64,000 nt of DNA from an uncultured Alphaproteobacteria bacterium (GTDB lineage: Bacteria; Pseudomonadota; Alphaproteobacteria; ATCC43930; CGMCC-115725): positions 241,919 through 305,918 of the forward strand of contig CAWJTR010000001.1 in the NCBI GenBank assembly GCA_963845735.1, written 5' to 3'. Position numbers and translations under genes: made by a program. Under the pieces are notes generated by a model. It was not told the DNA's origin and did not search any database. It saw nothing but the letters and a program-made list of their open reading frames with translations. Positions 24,048 through 31,973 of this stretch are shown here, piece after piece (position 1 is the first letter of the stretch; each line of letters starts with the position of its first letter).

Positions 24048-24611
24048 CTATTGATGCTGCGAAGTTACCGAACCACCATATTCACTTTGTAAATATTGAT
24101 TGAACATGCTTACGGCTTCTTTTCCGGGGATCACATTTAGTCTTTCACCTACATCATCCCAACAAGCTTCCAATTCGTTCAAGGCGGCTTCAGCTACAGT
24201 GGCCTGAGATAGTTTAGGGGAATTCATGCGCTCAAATCGCCCGCGCTCTGCCACATACTGCCCGCTTACATAACTTTTCTTAACATGGGCAAAGTCATCA
24301 AGCAATGTAACTACATCGCCACAATAGGCCGTATCAACTCCAGTTCTTTTCGCTTGATCGGCCACTCTGCGCGCTGCCGCCCGATCCATTGCTGCCGGAA
24401 CCAGCAGGAAATTCTCGATCTCCTTGCGTTTGTGTATGGACACATAGTCACAAAACGTCTGACACTCTGACCTAATTGCCTCACGTTCCCGATCGCACCG
24501 ATAATCCTTGTCCATTAACGCTGCGCCCGCGATTTGTCCGCCTAGGGTGATTTCCATTCCTCTCTTCAAGTTCCTAATCCGTTCGGGGTTAAACCCCCTC
24601 ACAGGAATCAC
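24048..24611 (-). CDS. C-terminal TOPRIM/DUF4435-like nuclease portion (AriB/OLD-like). It is in frame with the upstream ATPase ORF and separated from it by a single TGA.
   Basis: AALMDKDYRCD (DxD-type acidic motif) and KRKEIENFLLVP (the ENYLL-like motif of DUF4435). GTG 24611 is 4 codons after TGA 24624-24626, in the same frame. Confidence 0.6.
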   Translation of the reverse strand: MIPVRGFNPERIRNLKRGMEITLGGQIAGAALMDKDYRCDREREAIRSECQTFCDYVSIHKRKEIENFLLVPAAMDRAAARRVADQAKRTGVDTAYCGDVVTLLDDFAHVKKSYVSGQYVAERGRFERMNSPKLSQATVAEAALNELEACWDDVGERLNVIPGKEAVSMFNQYLQSEYGGSVTSQHQ

Positions 24612-24623
24612 CGCGAAGTCGCT

Positions 24624-25748
24624 TCAATTCGCGACATTAGTTAATCCAAGCTTTCGCGCGAATCGGGAGAGTATTTGGAAATCGTCGCCTTCGACAAACA
24701 ACGCTCTTCGCGTCTTGGCGAGCTGAGTTAAAATCGGATTGAGGTTTGATCCTAGAGCGGTAAATACATCACCCAGTTCTGATGGATCTCTAATTCGGCG
24801 GCCGCTTCTCCGTCGCTTGTTAACGAGGATGATGTCGTCCGTTTCCGCTTCGGTGATAATCTCCGTCGAGTGCGTCGCGATAAGAATGTCTGGCCCCAAA
24901 TCTCTCAAGAGTCCGAGCAATTGGCGTTGGAGATCGGAATGTAGGTATATATCTGGCTCATCGATCAAAAATAGCGCCGTGTCGTTCGATTGGATCAGGT
25001 GCGTCAGCATTTGGCACCAGACCTGAAATCCAAACCCTGACCAAAAAATTTCACGGGGTATCCGCTCCTCGGGGCAAAACATGTGGAGGAGTGGTTTGTC
25101 GTCAATCCGATCCACCCGTGGACGTTCTATGTCCATCCCAGGCCACGTTCGAAGCAATGCCGTCCGAAATGCGTCGAATTTTTCTGGATAGTGATACCAT
25201 ATATTACGGAAATTACGAGATGCCGTGTAATTAAAAAGCGCAAGCCGCGCAGCTTCTTTATCGTATAACCTCTCATTGTGCTCGACTGGGCCAAGAATCG
25301 GTACGAAACCAATAGAACAATTGAATTGTAGCTTGAAGATGCCCGGGGTGGCTATTGATCTGCCTTGAGCGTCAGGAATTAAATAACACGATCCTTGTTC
25401 TGGGAAATATAGTAATAGCTCGTTGCCGTTAGAGAGTGTGAACCTTATTGTAGCTACCTCTGAATCGTCATAGTTATAGAAGATATTTTCCTCTGCAATC
25501 GAGATTGTGCGTAGATCAATGATATGCCCAAGAGTTCTCCCTTGGGGCCCTCTAATGATTTCGGCCCTGCGACTTGTCGCCTTTCGCATCGCAGCAGCCA
25601 GGATGCGAAACGCCGCCAATATTGTAGACTTACCGGAATTATTCGGACCGACCAGAATATTAAAGTGACGGAGATGTAGGGAAAACGTCTCGAAGACTTT
25701 AAATATTGTAAAGTCGACACGAACGAACTGATGATGAGTGTTGGCCAT
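24624..25748 (-). CDS. ABC/SMC-type (AAA_15/21-like) ATPase of OLD / PARIS-AriA type. It ends 21 codons after the start of a TOPRIM-like domain.
   Basis: Walker A GPNNSGKST (aa 34-42), signature-like WSGFGFQ, Walker B LFLIDEPD (aa 259-266), H-loop ATHS. Then ALFVEGDDFQIL (TOPRIM Glu motif) before the TGA. Confidence 0.75.
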   Translation of the reverse strand: MANTHHQFVRVDFTIFKVFETFSLHLRHFNILVGPNNSGKSTILAAFRILAAAMRKATSRRAEIIRGPQGRTLGHIIDLRTISIAEENIFYNYDDSEVATIRFTLSNGNELLLYFPEQGSCYLIPDAQGRSIATPGIFKLQFNCSIGFVPILGPVEHNERLYDKEAARLALFNYTASRNFRNIWYHYPEKFDAFRTALLRTWPGMDIERPRVDRIDDKPLLHMFCPEERIPREIFWSGFGFQVWCQMLTHLIQSNDTALFLIDEPDIYLHSDLQRQLLGLLRDLGPDILIATHSTEIITEAETDDIILVNKRRRSGRRIRDPSELGDVFTALGSNLNPILTQLAKTRRALFVEGDDFQILSRFARKLGLTNVAN

Positions 25749-25793
25749 GTGTGTGCGGGTCAGAACGAGCCCGAAAACCTGTTTCGACGCAAC

Positions 25794-25802
25794 ATTATAT
25801 CA
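25794..25802 (-). promoter_or_regulatory. Extended -10 element TGATATAAT upstream of the islet ATPase gene
   Basis: The minus strand reads TGATATAAT about 46 nt upstream of ATG 25748. The -35 region is weak (TTCCCC). Confidence 0.3.
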
Positions 25803-25993
25803 TCGAAGCGAGCGTGGGGAAAAGCGCATCGCATTTCGACCGTCACCGGATGAGGTTCAATCACCGTGGCGGCGATCGGGCCGTGCCGGGAAGGGACAAA
25901 CGAACTGTCTCGGGCGCTCACCCTGCGCGACCCGCGGCTTTCTCTCGCTGCGGGTAGCCTCTATCATCCCCCAGCCAACCGGAGGACCCGCCA

Positions 25994-27061
25994 ATGTCTG
26001 CTCATGCCGCTGACGCCACTGCGCCTGCTCAACAAACCAGGTGGCCGAATTATCGGGAGGGCGATTTCGTCATCCGGAATTATGTGTTCCGCAGCGGCGA
26101 GACCTTGCCCGAGCTGAAGCTCCACTACCGCACCCTGGGAACGGCGAAGCGCAACGCCGCGGGCAAGATCGTCAACGGCGTGCTGCTGTTGCAGGGCAAT
26201 ACCGGCACCGGCGCCAATTGGCTGCGCCCGAGCCTCGCCGACGAGCTGTTCGGGCCCGGGCAGCCGCTCGATGCGGCGGAGTACTTCATGATCATGCCGG
26301 ACGCGATCGGGCGCGGCGGATCGAGCAAGCCGTCGGACGGGCTCAAGGGGAAATTTCCCCGCTACCGCTATCATGACATGGTCGAGTCCGGCTATCGGCT
26401 GATCAGCGAAGGCCTCGATGTCGCCCATCTGCGCCTCGTGATCGGCAGCTCGATGGGCGGCATGCATGCCTGGATGTGGGCCGAGATGTACCCCGATTTG
26501 ATGGACGGGGTGGTGCCGATCTCGTGCCAGCCGGTCGAGATCAGCGGCCGCAACTGGCTCGGCCGCCGCGCCCAGGCCGAGGCGATCCGCCACGACCCGG
26601 ACTGGAACAACGGCTTCTACGAGACGAACCCGCGCCACTACATCTACGCCGCGGCCGGGAATTTCGGCACCGAGAGCCCGACCCGGATCCAGGAAATGGC
26701 GCCAACTCTCGCCGCCGCCAACGCGCTCTACGAGCAGCGCCTCGCCCAGGCCGCCAAGGGCGACGCCAACAACTCGCTCTGGGCGATCGAGGCGATCATG
26801 GACTACAACCCCGAGCCCGATCTCGACAAGATCAAGGCCAAGGTGATGCTGATCAACAACGCCGAGGATCACGCCAATCCGCCCGAGCTCGGCACCGTCG
26901 AGCGGGCGATGAAGCGGGTCGCGCACGGCCGCTATGTGCTGATCCCGGCGGGCCCGAACACACACGGGCACTTCAGCCATTTCTACGCCGAGCTGTGGAA
27001 GCCCTATCTGATCGAGTTCATGAAAACCCTTGGCGCCCCGCTGCAGGCGGCGGCCGAATAG
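25994..27061 (+). CDS. Alpha/beta hydrolase, homoserine O-acetyltransferase (MetX)-like family
   Basis: GNTGTGANW, nucleophile elbow GSSMGG, 355 aa. Confidence 0.75.
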   Translation: MSAHAADATAPAQQTRWPNYREGDFVIRNYVFRSGETLPELKLHYRTLGTAKRNAAGKIVNGVLLLQGNTGTGANWLRPSLADELFGPGQPLDAAEYFMIMPDAIGRGGSSKPSDGLKGKFPRYRYHDMVESGYRLISEGLDVAHLRLVIGSSMGGMHAWMWAEMYPDLMDGVVPISCQPVEISGRNWLGRRAQAEAIRHDPDWNNGFYETNPRHYIYAAAGNFGTESPTRIQEMAPTLAAANALYEQRLAQAAKGDANNSLWAIEAIMDYNPEPDLDKIKAKVMLINNAEDHANPPELGTVERAMKRVAHGRYVLIPAGPNTHGHFSHFYAELWKPYLIEFMKTLGAPLQAAAE

Positions 27062-27084
27062 GCAAGCAGGCTGTCGGCGGCATC

Positions 27085-27829
27085 ATGGGCCTGCTCGACG
27101 GACGGGTGGCGCTGGTAACCGGCGGCAGCAAGGGTCTCGGTGCTTCGATCGCGCGACTGTTTGCCCAGGCGGGAGCACGGGTCGTCGTCACCTTTGCCAA
27201 TGATGCGGCGGCGGCCGAAGGGCTGGTCGCGAGCCTACCCGGCGAGGGCCACCGTGCCAGCCGCACTGCGGCGCAGGACACCGACGCAATCGAAAACCTT
27301 GCCGCCGAGGTTAGCCGTATCGAGGGCCGGCTCGACATCCTGGTCAACAACGCCGGCAGCACCCGGGTGATCCCGCATGCCGATCTGCGCGCGCTCGACG
27401 ACGAATTTTTCGATTTCGTTTTGGCGGTGAATCTGCGCGGACCATTTGCGACGGTGCGCGCCTTTCAGTCCTTGCTGAAGGCGGGCGGGCATGGGCTCGT
27501 CGTCAATGTCGGCTCGGTATCGGGGGTGCGCGGCGGCGGCAGCAACATCGCCTATGCCGCCGCCAAGGCCGGGTTTCACGCGATGACGATGTCGCTGGCG
27601 CGCGCGCTCGCCCCCGACGATCCGGGTGGTCGCCGTCGCGCCAAGCCTGTTGGAAACACCGATGACGCGGATGTGGACGCCCGAGCAGCGCGCGGCGCGC
27701 ATCGCCAGCAATCCGCTCAAGCGCATCGGCCAGCCCGAGGAGACGGCAGCGGTGATCCTAGGGCTGGCGACGACGATGACCTTTGTCAACGGCACGGTCA
27801 TCCCGGTCGACGGCGGTAGCCTGCTGTAA
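27085..27829 (+). pseudogene. SDR-family oxidoreductase, one +1 frame break near 27619
   Basis: LVTGGSKGLG, NNAG, YAAAKAG in the 26476..27819 frame. IRVVAVAPSLLETPM...VNGTVIPVDGG in ORF 27626..27829. Confidence 0.85.
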
Positions 27830-27858
27830 CCGTCGGACCGGGGTTGATCGATTTAAGA

Positions 27859-28488
27859 CTACCTTACCGGTGAGAACGCCGCCGGGACCAGCAGCTTGTT
27901 TTCCTGCCGGATCGGCCGCACCCCGGCCTGCGGCGGCCACGCTTGGCCGGGCCGGCGCAATTCTTCGCGGATCCGGGCGCGCTCGTTGAGATCCTTGTAC
28001 ACCCAGGTGTGGACGAACTTGTTGAGCCCGCCGAGCTCGCTCGTCCAGCAGGCCGCCAAGGGGGAGAGCTTCTCGCGGTCGGGAACGGCCTTGGCCCACG
28101 CCTCGAGCACCTTCGGGAGGTCGCCCGGGGCGTAAGTGTAGGTGCGCATCTCATACACGTTCCCGGTGCCGTAATTCCGGCTGCCCAGAGCGTGCATGAA
28201 CGGCGCCGGGTTCATGATCTCGGCCTCCTGCGCCACGATGAACTCGCCGCCCCCGGGGAGCGCGTTGCGCTCGGCGTCTTGCGACATCGCTGCGCGTACG
28301 GAGGTGCGGTGCCGCAAATCGTCGTAGGGATAGACGTGGATCACCTGATTGAGCGGACCGAACTCGGTGTGCCAGAAGCCCCCCAATTTCGAGTGCTTTT
28401 CCCGAGCGGGCAGCCGCTTGGCATAGCGCTCTTCAAATTCGGCCACGGTCCCGGGGCGCAGGGTATAGGTACGGACTTCATAGATCAT
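27859..28488 (-). CDS. NIPSNAP-domain protein (two tandem NIPSNAP repeats)
   Basis: MIYEVRTYTLRPGTVAEFE... and a second repeat, NVYEMRTYTYAPGDLPKVLE; 209 aa from ATG 28488. Confidence 0.8.
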   Translation of the reverse strand: MIYEVRTYTLRPGTVAEFEERYAKRLPAREKHSKLGGFWHTEFGPLNQVIHVYPYDDLRHRTSVRAAMSQDAERNALPGGGEFIVAQEAEIMNPAPFMHALGSRNYGTGNVYEMRTYTYAPGDLPKVLEAWAKAVPDREKLSPLAACWTSELGGLNKFVHTWVYKDLNERARIREELRRPGQAWPPQAGVRPIRQENKLLVPAAFSPVR

Positions 28489-28718
28489 CGACGCATCCTC
28501 CAAGTGACAGGGGTTGGCGAGGTGATATGCCAGCGCACCGACAGGGGATTCTGCCGGACATTTCCCACATGGACGGCTCATCCGCCCTTGTTCCGGGATA
28601 GAATAGTGCCGCCGAGGGGTTTTGCGAAGCCGCGTTATGAGGCGGTGACCGCATGGGAGGCTAGCAACAATCAGCGCCGGTGGCTTTGACTGAAACAACC
28701 TATCGAAGGAGCAGCGTC

Positions 28719-29892
28719 ATGCCTCAACTGCCGCAAATCGACGAATTGCTGAAGACCGCCGCCGATCGGGGGGATGTGCCGGGAGTCGTGGCGATGGCGG
28801 CGACGCGTGAGGGTCCGGTCTATCAGGGCGCCTTTGGCCGGCGCGCTCTGCCCGATGGCGCCGCGATGACCGCGGACACGGTGTTCTGGATCGCCTCGAT
28901 GACCAAGGCGATCACCTCGACGGCGGCGATGCAGCTCGTCGAGCAGGGAAAGCTCGCGCTCGATGGGCCGATCGCCGGGGTGCTTCCCGAACTCGCCGCA
29001 CCTCAGGTGCTCGAAGGCTTCGACGCCGCCGGCGAGCCGCGGCTTCGTCCGGCGCGGCGGCCGATCACCCTGCGCCACCTGATCACCCACACCGCCGGCT
29101 TTGTCTACGACATATGGAACGCTGATCTGGGCCGCTACATGGAGAGGAGGGGAATACCCGGGATCATCTCCTGCGAGAACGCGGCGCTGGCATTGCCGCT
29201 GATCTTCGATCCGGGCGACAAATGGGATTACGGCATCAACATCGACTGGGTCGGCAAGGCGGTCGAGCGCGGTCAGCGGTCAGAGACTCGGCGACTATCT
29301 CGCCGAGCACCTGTTCGGCCCGATCGGCATGAACGACACCGGCTTCAAGCTGACCCCGGAGCGCCGCGCCCGGCTCGTCGGCATGCATGCCCGCGGCGAG
29401 GACGGCGCGCTGGCGCCGATCCCGTTCGAAATGCCGCAGGAACCCGAATTCGAGATGGGCGGCGGCGGGCTCTACGGCACCGCGGCGGATTATCTGGCGT
29501 TCGAGCGGCTGTTCCTCGACGAGGGGCGCGCCGCCGGCGGCGCTCAGGTGCTGAAGCCCGAGACGGTCGGGCTGATGGCGCAGAACGCGATCGGCGAGCT
29601 CAATGTGCAGCTGCTGAAGACCGCCGCCCCGGCCTCTTCGAACGACGCCGAGTTCTTCCCCGGCATGGTGAAGAAATGGGGTCTCGGCTTCATGATCTCG
29701 ACCGCGCAGGTGCCGGACGGCCGCAGCCCCGGCAGCCTCGCCTGGGCCGGACTGGGCAACACCTATTTCTGGATCGACCCGGCCAAGGGCGTCGCCGGGG
29801 TGATCCTGATGCAGCTGCTGCCGTTCGCCGACGCCAAGGCGCTGGCGATATTCGACCGCTTCGAAAAGGCGGTCTACGCAGCGCTGACTTAG
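28719..29892 (+). pseudogene. Serine hydrolase, beta-lactamase class C / esterase family, one +1 frame break near 29271
   Basis: SxxK motif ASMTKAITS. After VGKAVER the frame shifts to VSGQRLGDYLAEHLFGPIGMNDTGF...WAGLGNTYFWIDP (ORF 29329..29892). Confidence 0.85.
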
Positions 29893-30032
29893 CTCAGCGA
29901 TCGTGTGTGGTCCGCGCGGAAACTCGTCAGGCGGATCCCGAAGACGACGTCTTCATAGCGTTACCCGTACAATAGCGCTTCAGCAACTCGATCTGCAGGC
30001 GATCGAGCGGCGATAAAGGAAGCGGTTGGCGC

Positions 30033-30200
30033 CTATTTGATCTTCGCCTCTTTGAACAATACGTGCTTGCGGGCGACAGGGTCGAACTTTTTCAATTCCA
30101 GTTTAGCGGTTTTGGTCCGCGGGTTTTTCTTTGTTACATAGTAAAACCCGGTATCGGCGCTGCTCACGAGCTTGATCAGGACGGTGCTGGTCTTGGCCAT
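30033..30200 (-). CDS. rpmG: 50S ribosomal protein L33
   Basis: Hand translation: [55 protein letters not shown] (55 aa). Below the ORF-track length cut-off. Confidence 0.9.
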   Translation of the reverse strand: MAKTSTVLIKLVSSADTGFYYVTKKNPRTKTAKLELKKFDPVARKHVLFKEAKIK

Positions 30201-30215
30201 GGCGAAACCCCAGGT

Positions 30216-31868
30216 TCAGGGATTGTGTGGTCCGGAAGATAGCGATCCGTCGACTCCTGTCAAGGAGGGCTCGGCCGAGACCGGCGCCGTACCGATGGAC
30301 CGCGCCGCCAGGTTCGGGGCGGCGCCGATGACGTGCGCCGCCTGCCTGTAAAGGACGGGGTCGGCCAGAAGACGCTTAGCCACCGCGAGGTCGATTGCCC
30401 GGTCGCCGTTGCGAGGTGGACACGAGCGGCGCAATTGGCTCCAGCCGCTCCCGTCGAGCGCGGCGCGCGGCTCGGCGGTCAGCGGGGAGACTGCCGACAA
30501 TCCGACGGCACGCTGCAATGCGATCTGGATCGATTGGTCGTCGTTGCCGAGATCGCTGGTGCATACGGTCGGCACCACTCCGCGCGCGTTCAACAAATAG
30601 CCGGCGGGTGCGACCAACTGAGCCCAGGTCAGGGTCAGTTCGCCATTATTGGGCAGTCGCAGGACGGTTTGCACCGTGCCCTTGCCGTATGAGGCGGTAC
30701 CGACGACGACCGCCCGTCCGGAATCTTGTAACGCCGCCGCGACGATTTCGGAGGCCGAGGCGGATCCGCCGTTGACCAGTACGATGATCGGTATCCGCGG
30801 CGCGATGCTGTCGCCTGAAGCCTCGAAAAACTGGCGGCTCGCGGGGTTGCGCCCGATGGTCGCCACGATTGGGCCCTTGGCGATGAACACGTCGGAGAGG
30901 CTCACCGCCTGGTCGAGCAGCCCGCCGGTATCGCCGCGCAGATCGAGGACGATGCCGCGCAGCTGCGGCCCCATTTCGCGCTTTACCGCGTCGAGATCCT
31001 CTACCAGCTGCTGCGTCGTGTTCTGGTTGAAGCTGGATATGTGAAAGATGGCGACACCGTTATCGCGCGACAGCGTCACGGTGGGCTCGACCATCAGTGT
31101 ACGCCGAAGCCGGTAATAACGGCTTCCGATCGCGCCGGGGCGATCGATGCCAACCTCCACGGTGCTTAATACCGTGCCGCGGAGCAAGTGGATCACGTCG
31201 CTCCGCGAGCGGCCGGCAGTCGGCTGACCGTTGATCGCTATAATTGTGTCGCCGGCACGGATGCCGGCCAGATCGGCGGGTCCACCCGGCACAACTTGGA
31301 TGATCCGGAACCGGTCCGGAGCCGGATCGAGAGTTACGCCAATTCCGCCGAAGCCATCGCGGGCAGCGCGCTGATCGCGGGCGGCTGCGGGCGTGGCATA
31401 GCGAGAAAATCGGTCCAGCGAGTAGGTAATCCCGTAGAACAAGGTCTCGTCGAGCGTGTCCTCTGACACTGCCGCCACGATCGGGGACGTTTTCTTAGCA
31501 TCGGCAACCAGATGGCCCAGCCATCCGCCCCAAAGATGGGGGTCATCGCCGGACGGGCTTGGATAGGTCGCGATTTCGCGTCCGCCGTAATCGAGCGCGA
31601 TCTCGGTACTGTCCTGGGGCCCGGGCGTCTCCAGCACCGCGAATTTTGGATCGAGCTGGGAGAGGCGGGCCGCAGCGGCGAGAGAGAGCTTACGGCTTGA
31701 GACCGGCACAATGTAGAGCTCGGCAATTTGATCGAGGCCGCGCCCGAACAACCGTCCAGTCGGATCAGCTGGCAACGGGTGTAGCTCCGAGCAGGCCGTA
31801 AGCAGGACGACGAGGGCGAAGAAGCCCGCCGGTGCAAGCCCAGCGGCTTGACGCAACGACATCGGCAT
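30216..31868 (-). CDS. S41-family peptidase with PDZ domain (lipoprotein-like N-terminus)
   Basis: LLTAC lipobox-like, PDZ GGPADLAGIRAGDTIIAINGQP, S41 core VLVNGGSASASEIVAAALQD. Confidence 0.8.
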   Translation of the reverse strand: MPMSLRQAAGLAPAGFFALVVLLTACSELHPLPADPTGRLFGRGLDQIAELYIVPVSSRKLSLAAAARLSQLDPKFAVLETPGPQDSTEIALDYGGREIATYPSPSGDDPHLWGGWLGHLVADAKKTSPIVAAVSEDTLDETLFYGITYSLDRFSRYATPAAARDQRAARDGFGGIGVTLDPAPDRFRIIQVVPGGPADLAGIRAGDTIIAINGQPTAGRSRSDVIHLLRGTVLSTVEVGIDRPGAIGSRYYRLRRTLMVEPTVTLSRDNGVAIFHISSFNQNTTQQLVEDLDAVKREMGPQLRGIVLDLRGDTGGLLDQAVSLSDVFIAKGPIVATIGRNPASRQFFEASGDSIAPRIPIIVLVNGGSASASEIVAAALQDSGRAVVVGTASYGKGTVQTVLRLPNNGELTLTWAQLVAPAGYLLNARGVVPTVCTSDLGNDDQSIQIALQRAVGLSAVSPLTAEPRAALDGSGWSQLRRSCPPRNGDRAIDLAVAKRLLADPVLYRQAAHVIGAAPNLAARSIGTAPVSAEPSLTGVDGSLSSGPHNP

Positions 31869-31973
31869 CGAGGAACCCCCGAAATCCTCGCGGCAACCCG
31901 CCCGATGATCCGCCAGCCTCGGCCTAAATCCCCGTTGCTGGGGCGCTCATGCTAGATTGGTGCGGGTCCGCGA

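Larger units (their letters stand above)
23890..25810. other. Low-GC (~45% vs ~67% flanks) inserted islet carrying a defence-type ATPase-nuclease gene
   Basis: Abrupt compositional shift visible in the raw sequence. Bounded by high-GC metabolic genes. No integrase, tRNA or clear direct repeats. Confidence 0.7.

Noticed and set aside
23894-24103. Plus-strand 69-aa ORF in the low-GC islet
   Set aside because: It overlaps the 3' end of the minus-strand nuclease ORF, shows no motifs, and has the composition of chance ORFs in AT-richer DNA.
24624-24626. In-frame TGAs (here and at 54945-54947) as selenocysteine or reassigned codons
   Set aside because: TGA clearly terminates other genes in this window (tolA/tolB ATGA overlap, EndoU-like, pyrC'-like). 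I saw no SECIS-like hairpin directly downstream. Neither protein family is a known selenoprotein family.
23722-25993. Mobile-element hallmarks around the islet (integrase, transposase, tRNA target, terminal repeats)
   Set aside because: None found. The only feature is a 9-bp inverted match (CAATTATCG ~23760 / CGATAATTG ~23888) on the left side, and that is not significant.
29940-29954. Palindrome GAAGAC-GAC-GTCTTC between the beta-lactamase-like gene and rpmG as a bidirectional terminator
   Set aside because: The stem is only 6 bp and has no flanking U/A tract on either strand. That is too weak to call.
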